Shown here piece by piece: positions 58,302 to 64,000 of a DNA stretch of 64,000 nt. Within the stretch, counting starts at the first letter, position 1. The number at the start of each line of letters is the position of its first letter. The translations under genes and the position numbers were made by a program. Source of the stretch: an uncultured Thermoplasmata archaeon (lineage in GTDB: Archaea; Thermoplasmatota; Thermoplasmata; Halarchaeoplasmatales; Halarchaeoplasmataceae); assembly GCA_964585175.1 (NCBI GenBank), contig CAZPCW010000002.1, positions 5,535 to 69,534 on the forward strand, in the 5' to 3' direction. The notes beneath the pieces are model-generated. The model searched no databases. It was given only the letters and a program-made list of their open reading frames with translations, and was not told where the DNA came from.

Positions 58302-61300
58302 CAGAGCCACCTCTTTTTCCTCATAACGTAAAGTGCCGCTATCGAAACTAGTAATATTATGCCAGCCCATTGCCAGTTCGACAACGTGAAGGGTTCTTCT
58401 TCTAAAGCGAGTTCATCCGTAGTAAATTCAACTTTTTCCGGATCACCAGTGAGTTCAGGTAGAGATGTCGTGAATTCTTCAGTATCAGTAACTTCCTCGT
58501 CTCCTTCAGAAACAGCCATCAACTCGACCGTGACGTCTCTTTTGGAATTCGGAGTTGTAGAGCGCAGCTTGACTTCGAACGCATTCTGTTCTTGTTTAGC
58601 GATCTCCTTAGTATCTTGAGCTAAGGTTATATTCCAACCCCAGTTCTTCAACTCTTCTTCGTTGACCACTTCCAATCTATAATTGTGGGCGCCATTCCCT
58701 TTATTTTTGACATCTACAGAATATGTGAACTCTCCTTCACCATATTCCTTAGAACGGATTCCTGATAAAAGATCGACCTTATATATCGGTTTGACGTTTA
58801 TCGGGAGCGTTTTTTCTTCTTTTTCTTCTAAATTGGGTGAATCGACCATCATTTTTATTGAATCGTCTTCACTAGCATTTTCTCCAACTTGGACGGTTAC
58901 TTTGATCTGCTTTTTCTCTGTTGGTCCCAAAGAAACGGTCTCAGGTTCAAAATCCACTTCCCATTCAGAATTCGAGACTGAGAATTCATATTCATCTTGG
59001 GTATTACCGGCGTTAGTGATCTCAGCGGTGAACTCGATAGTTTCGCCCTGCGATACCGTTTTCTCTTCTAGTTCACTTATTTTTACTTCGAAGTTTTTGA
59101 CTTTCTTCAATTCTATCGTTCTTTCTTCGTCGTGCTGTATATCCAAAGTATTAGAATACTTGAAGTTGGTAGACCCATAATCCATCTCCCTAGTTTCCTG
59201 AGCGTCTATAGAGTACCTGCCCTTCGGCAATAGAATACGGAAAGAACCGTTTTCATCTGTCTCAAATTGTCTGTTAGCGATCTCCTTCCTAATATTTAGA
59301 TCAGTCTCTACACCTTCACCGCGTAACTTCACTTCACCAGAGAAAATTATGCCTTCTTCCAAAGATATATCATGAGTGTGATCCTCGGCGGGCATCTTGA
59401 ATGTATCGAAATAGGAGTAAGTTTCGCCCATCGACTGGTGAGATATGTAGACAGTGTATTGTCCTTGTATCACCTGATCTAGATGATATTCACCTTCTTC
59501 ATCCGTCTGTACTGTAAACTCATCCTCCTCAGACTTTATACTAATCTCTACATTTTTTACCGGTGATCCTCCAAGCATTACCTTGCCTTTTAGAGTTGAA
59601 TTCAGTACATATCTTTCCAATTCTAGCGGCATTGATATCGGCGTGTCTCGCTCTTCAGAAAGATGATATCGGACATCTCTTTCTACTCCGTTGATCTCTT
59701 CCTCGGTAACATAGTCGACCTTAATCCTGTAATTTCCAGCGGTCACGTTGATATTCAACTCTCCGTCCGGCCCACTTAAAGTTCGAAGGGTGTAATCGGT
59801 ATCTAGGTTTTCAAAGGAAACTGGCATTCCCTGTTGATTTAAGCCTGTAATGTCAGCATTCACTGAATAGGTATCCTCTAGCGAAAGATCCATGGATGTG
59901 GACATATTTTCTTTCACAGCCAATCTCTTCTGCACGGCACGAGTTCCTTCTGGGTTAACAGCCCGTACCGAATAAGTTCCTGGTATGAGATAAGTTGAGA
60001 AAGTTCCATCAGCCGAAATAGTTCTATTTTCAGGACCCTGGAAATAAATATCAGCTTCAGAGGACAATTCACCTTTCACTTTCGTCTTATATATTGCCCT
60101 GAGATCTTTAGTCACGCCTTGTTCTCCGGGTTCGATCGACAATGAGTCGGAGACTTCATACCTTATTTCGTCCTCCATCAAGGAATAGTTACTGACGATT
60201 TCGTATTTTCCAGGCTGAAGTTCAACACGGTAACTACCGTCGGCCGCTTCTATCTCTTTACTAACGGCTCCATCGGCCAAAGGTTTGAATTCCAGTTTTA
60301 GTGTTTCTACTAATTCCCTATCGAAATCGATATTTCCTTCAACAGTGATATTTTTAGCATCTAGGTGAATATCCATATCTTTTTCTTGGTCGAGTTGAGA
60401 AGGATTTATAGTCAAATAACGGTCATGATATCCTTCTTTTTTGACTGTGAGAGTGCAGTCCTTTTCAGGAAGATATAAACTATAATTTCCATCTACATTT
60501 GTAGCGGTACTGAACTCATGTCCACCACAGCTAATTTGGATATCCGTGTAGAGTCCTTCACCATCTCTATCAGAGTTGAACAGGTTTCTTTTGACTTTGC
60601 CTTGAACCTTGTACCCCTTCGATGGATCAAGATTTAGTTCTACATCCCTATTCAAATTGATCTGCTCTGAGAAGTAAAGATCCTCGCCTTGTCCTGGGAA
60701 GGTTGATTCTTTCCAACCGTAAACGTCGTATTGGCCTCCCGGTAGATGGGTCTTAAATCTTCCTTCTGAATTAGTTGTGATATAATGCTCCCCACCATTT
60801 TTACCTTTAACGAATATTTCGGCTTTTTCAACGCTAGAACCATCATAAATCACTTCACCGGTCAATTTGTAAGCCTGGTCAAACTTCCCAGTGTATTCTG
60901 TATCTGAAGTTAACAAGATGTCGTCCAAGGTCGCGTAAACCTCTTCCCCCTCCCTGTTAATACCATAGATCTGGTATTTTCCTTCTGGCAATTTTATATC
61001 AAATTCACCATTTTCACCTGTCTTTACCATCCTGTCATAATTCTTAGCCAGTATCGAAAGTCTTTGATTAGAGATCTCTTTTCCTTCCTTTGTTACTTCT
61101 CCCTTCAATCGGTGAGCTTTAACTATCTCGATATCTTTATTGACGCTTCCAGTCTCGTTTATCTCAAGATCCGAAGGCCCATATCGAAGGGTGTATCCGT
61201 CGTCATCGATATTTAAGGTGTATTCGCCGAACGAGAGATCTGAAAATTCATACTCATCTGTCTCTCCTATTCTGATTTTCTCATCTTCCTCTTTTCCTTC

Positions 61301-64000
61301 TAAGGAGAGCTTGAATTCCTCTTTCTCTAGCCCCTCTCCATAAGTTATATTACCTCTTATCTTACCGACTGATACGGGTAGGTCCTTAGAAGATTGTTCT
61401 CCGGGTTTCACGACTTGATTTTTCAAATCGGCGCTTCCTGGAATAGAGCTCTCGATAGAATAATTTCCAGGAGCAATCTTCGAAAATTCGTAAGTACCAT
61501 TTTCGATGGACGATGTATACTCGATGTCGGACTTTTTACTTTCTATGACTACCTCGCCAGTACCAGAATAAAGAGTGTCGTTTGATTTATCATATTCCCC
61601 GTTATCGGCTCGATCTAAGAATACTTTTCCCGACATCTGACCTAATTCGACTTCAAAATCGTTCAGCAGTTTATAATCCATTCGACCATCTCCGTCTCTA
61701 TCAACGGGCTTTCTCAACGCTTGTTCCTTGGTGATGTTATACTGTTCATTGTCGAGTACGATTTCTTCCCTTCCGACCAATTTCTGTTGATTGCCCCCTG
61801 TTGAAACCAATACTGTCATGTTACCTTCAGGAAGAACAACTCTATAGTTACCTCCTTCATCTGTAATCGTTGAGTCATGGCGCGTTCCACGCCCGTCAGT
61901 AGTATCGACAACAGTAACCCTAGCATTCGGTATTGGCTCACCAGTTTCCGTTTTCACTTGTCCTTTCAAGACAGCCCCGTCGTAATATTTCAAGAATACG
62001 ACTCCTTGTCGCATATAGCTTCGAGCCGAGTCATCGACCGTAACGTTTTCATTGTCTTTTTGTTCAACACCCTTGTCATAATAATTGATCGCCTCCCTTG
62101 ACCCAGTGTGGTTTCTCACTTCATCTCGAGGATATGGATAATAGTAGGCTGTTTTATACACATCTTTGAAATGTGTGAGATTCCAACTAGGCATCGGTTT
62201 AAGTGATTGTCTCGTTCTTCTCCCGGATAAGCCAGGGATTCCTTTTTCTCCCCGGCCAACTTCATGCTTGCTATATCCTGCAAATGTCCTGTATAGAGCG
62301 GAGTTGAAAAACATCGATTTATATTTTATCTTCTGATCAACGATCCTAGCATCTTCTGGAACATTATCGGGGTCGTCATAACTCTGTCCTGCAGAATCGA
62401 TGAATTCGTAAGTGAAAAAGTCTTCCGGAACTCTGCCGCGACCGAAATCTTTCATACGATGTCCTGAAAGGAAAGCCGGGGCATGGAAGATACCCGTCCG
62501 TTGAGCTGATGTCGGGAACAGCCTTGAATCGACCGCTAAATATCCCATACGGTTTTCAAGTCTATCATATCCAGAATTATAACTTACATCTCTATAAAGT
62601 GAAGAAAGGGTCTCCAGGTCCTCTTCAGATAGAGTACCCATGACCATCGCCCACATTACATTTTTATTACCGATATCGTCAGCTCTGGGATGATATTTAT
62701 CGGGATTCGATAGGACTTCGTTTTTATATTCGCCTGAATTCTGGTAAATATCTTCTAGTTTTTGGGTTTTCTCTTTCCCTAAATGATCCACTAGTATGGC
62801 TTGAACTTTGCCTTCAAATTGACCCTCTTCATTATAGGGCAACTGCAACTGTCTACCTATCATCAAACCAATTATCTCTGATTCGTTTTGCGCCATCAGA
62901 ACATTACCAGTGAATCTATAACCGTGCTGAAAGTTGTCAGCAACCGTAGGATGGTCTCCTCTGTTCATCGCCTGAAATCCATAGTCCCACCAGCTCACAA
63001 ATGCAGGCCTTTCTTTAGGCGGCAGTTGATTATCCTGTTGGCTGAACCAATCCCAAGCCGCTGGCCAATAATCGGTTGGCCTGTCTAGACTAGGTCCGAA
63101 AGCTCCAAGGTAATGGAGTTCTTGTTCAGGATTATGATCTTTAGCTTTCAAAGGTTCAGGTAGAGTATCGTAGATCTGTTCATTATACTTTGACTTCTCC
63201 TGATATGGGGTGGCCGAATCGATAACGTACATTGCGTTCGGAGTGAGGATCAGAAACACGACGAACAATGTGACCAAAACATGTTTGATTTTCACACCTT
63301 CTCGTATTCCCCTTATAACGTTGCCTCTGTGGCTTGTAAAACTCCTTGCGAACTCTTCGAATTTCGCTTTATCGAAAATCAAAGCCACTACCCATCCAGA
63401 AGTCAGGGCAAACGCCGGTGATGCATTATATATGAACCTGGTAGCCGTAGTCGCCATATAAATCGCAAATACCATCCAAACTAACACAAACAAGAATGAA
63501 CGACGCCAGGTTTTCTTCAAGTGCCAACCGGCCAATGGTAGTGCTATAAAGGATAGGAAAAATGTTGTGATTCCCGTAGCTAGAACTAAACGACTGAATG
63601 AAGGTGCTTGAGCCTCAGCGATAGTCGAATACAATTTATTCTGGATGAAATACTGAGAAGCGGCCTGCGTGATCACATCAGGGCCTAGAGTGAAAAAGAG
63701 TACGCCTGCGATCGCGAGTATGGAAAAAGTCAACACCCATGGAAGGTCTCTAGTGACTGAGAAATATACTCCAAGACCGAAGGATCCCAAGAATATAACA
63801 AAGGGGATCTGGAAATATCTACCTAGCGGCCATTGGATCAATGTAGTGAATTTTTCTAATGCTCCGGCTGGCGTTTTTCCATACCAAGGTAAAGCCACCA
63901 AGAATACGAGCATTATCATTACAAATATAGATATAGTGATCCCGAGGGAATCTTCACCTCTAAATTTATCTATAACTAACTGAACCAAAAAGTACACTAA
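58301..64000 (-). CDS. aglB: AglB/STT3 oligosaccharyltransferase fused to ~1,200-aa C-terminal array of CarboxypepD_reg-like domains; N-terminus truncated by window edge
   Basis: More than 1,898 aa. Multi-TM helices precede the WWDYG catalytic motif (ERPAFVSWWDYGFQA). About 10 tandemly repeated β-sandwich units of ~90 aa follow (G-x-V…NG-x-Y-x…L/PEG-x-Y pattern). The protein ends with a C-terminal TM plus RKKRWL. Only about 7 TMs precede WWDYG, so the true start lies beyond 64000. Confidence 0.8.
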   Translation of the reverse strand, partial: LVYFLVQLVIDKFRGEDSLGITISIFVMIMLVFLVALPWYGKTPAGALEKFTTLIQWPLGRYFQIPFVIFLGSFGLGVYFSVTRDLPWVLTFSILAIAGVLFFTLGPDVITQAASQYFIQNKLYSTIAEAQAPSFSRLVLATGITTFFLSFIALPLAGWHLKKTWRRSFLFVLVWMVFAIYMATTATRFIYNASPAFALTSGWVVALIFDKAKFEEFARSFTSHRGNVIRGIREGVKIKHVLVTLFVVFLILTPNAMYVIDSATPYQEKSKYNEQIYDTLPEPLKAKDHNPEQELHYLGAFGPSLDRPTDYWPAAWDWFSQQDNQLPPKERPAFVSWWDYGFQAMNRGDHPTVADNFQHGYRFTGNVLMAQNESEIIGLMIGRQLQLPYNEEGQFEGKVQAILVDHLGKEKTQKLEDIYQNSGEYKNEVLSNPDKYHPRADDIGNKNVMWAMVMGTLSEEDLETLSSLYRDVSYNSGYDRLENRMGYLAVDSRLFPTSAQRTGIFHAPAFLSGHRMKDFGRGRVPEDFFTYEFIDSAGQSYDDPDNVPEDARIVDQKIKYKSMFFNSALYRTFAGYSKHEVGRGEKGIPGLSGRRTRQSLKPMPSWNLTHFKDVYKTAYYYPYPRDEVRNHTGSREAINYYDKGVEQKDNENVTVDDSARSYMRQGVVFLKYYDGAVLKGQVKTETGEPIPNARVTVVDTTDGRGTRHDSTITDEGGNYRVVLPEGNMTVLVSTGGNQQKLVGREEIVLDNEQYNITKEQALRKPVDRDGDGRMDYKLLNDFEVELGQMSGKVFLDRADNGEYDKSNDTLYSGTGEVVIESKKSDIEYTSSIENGTYEFSKIAPGNYSIESSIPGSADLKNQVVKPGEQSSKDLPVSVGKIRGNITYGEGLEKEEFKLSLEGKEEDEKIRIGETDEYEFSDLSFGEYTLNIDDDGYTLRYGPSDLEINETGSVNKDIEIVKAHRLKGEVTKEGKEISNQRLSILAKNYDRMVKTGENGEFDIKLPEGKYQIYGINREGEEVYATLDDILLTSDTEYTGKFDQAYKLTGEVIYDGSSVEKAEIFVKGKNGGEHYITTNSEGRFKTHLPGGQYDVYGWKESTFPGQGEDLYFSEQINLNRDVELNLDPSKGYKVQGKVKRNLFNSDRDGEGLYTDIQISCGGHEFSTATNVDGNYSLYLPEKDCTLTVKKEGYHDRYLTINPSQLDQEKDMDIHLDAKNITVEGNIDFDRELVETLKLEFKPLADGAVSKEIEAADGSYRVELQPGKYEIVSNYSLMEDEIRYEVSDSLSIEPGEQGVTKDLRAIYKTKVKGELSSEADIYFQGPENRTISADGTFSTYLIPGTYSVRAVNPEGTRAVQKRLAVKENMSTSMDLSLEDTYSVNADITGLNQQGMPVSFENLDTDYTLRTLSGPDGELNINVTAGNYRIKVDYVTEEEINGVERDVRYHLSEERDTPISMPLELERYVLNSTLKGKVMLGGSPVKNVEISIKSEEDEFTVQTDEEGEYHLDQVIQGQYTVYISHQSMGETYSYFDTFKMPAEDHTHDISLEEGIIFSGEVKLRGEGVETDLNIRKEIANRQFETDENGSFRILLPKGRYSIDAQETREMDYGSTNFKYSNTLDIQHDEERTIELKKVKNFEVKISELEEKTVSQGETIEFTAEITNAGNTQDEYEFSVSNSEWEVDFEPETVSLGPTEKKQIKVTVQVGENASEDDSIKMMVDSPNLEEKEEKTLPINVKPIYKVDLLSGIRSKEYGEGEFTYSVDVKNKGNGAHNYRLEVVNEEELKNWGWNITLAQDTKEIAKQEQNAFEVKLRSTTPNSKRDVTVELMAVSEGDEEVTDTEEFTTSLPELTGDPEKVEFTTDELALEEEPFTLSNWQWAGIILLVSIAALYVMRKKRWL

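Noticed and set aside
1-64000. CRISPR arrays, transposases/IS elements, integrases, phage structural genes
   Set aside because: No regularly spaced direct repeats and no transposase, integrase or capsid-like ORFs were seen. The window looks like core chromosome. The only RNA gene (tRNA-Leu) has no flanking integrase or direct repeat.

Overview
This 64-kb window is an archaeal chromosomal segment that is gene-dense, with about 45% GC and strikingly acidic proteins. That is compatible with an uncultured marine or halophilic euryarchaeon such as a Thermoplasmatota / MG-II-like lineage, but this lineage call is low-confidence inference. Nearly all of it is ordinary core genome. It opens with the classic proteasome–exosome superoperon (psmA–SBDS–rrp4–rrp41–rrp42, minus strand). 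Then come pyrimidine, purine and pterin genes (pyrC, pyrE, purB, a purD-like gene, folP, mptA, thiD), PCNA, gap, thioredoxin, pelota, metG, nep1, a P-type ATPase, an NfeD/stomatin pair, two ABC-2 exporter pairs, a Fix-type ETF plus acyl-CoA dehydrogenase module, a galactoside/Leloir sugar island (GH57–galK–galT, GH1, MFS) and one tRNA-Leu(CAA). There is no CRISPR array, transposase or obvious prophage. The most unusual content is threefold. (1) A compact sulfur/Fe–S island (32.1–36.3 kb): TusA, a DsrE-like protein, an IscS homologue in which the PLP-binding lysine is replaced (SAHTIH instead of SGHKI), an IscU fused to a DUF59/MIP18-like domain, and two paralogous DUF438/hemerythrin-like genes flanking a small ferredoxin. 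(2) A giant AglB/STT3 oligosaccharyltransferase (truncated at the window edge) carrying a roughly 1,200-aa C-terminal extension of about 10 tandem carboxypeptidase-regulatory-like β-sandwich domains and a C-terminal TM anchor, translationally coupled to a second Ig-like surface protein. (3) A set of stable tandem hairpins with a shared GCGGGT(A/T)A motif immediately upstream of tRNA-Leu. All functional assignments come from motif recognition in the translated ORFs. No database searches were run.
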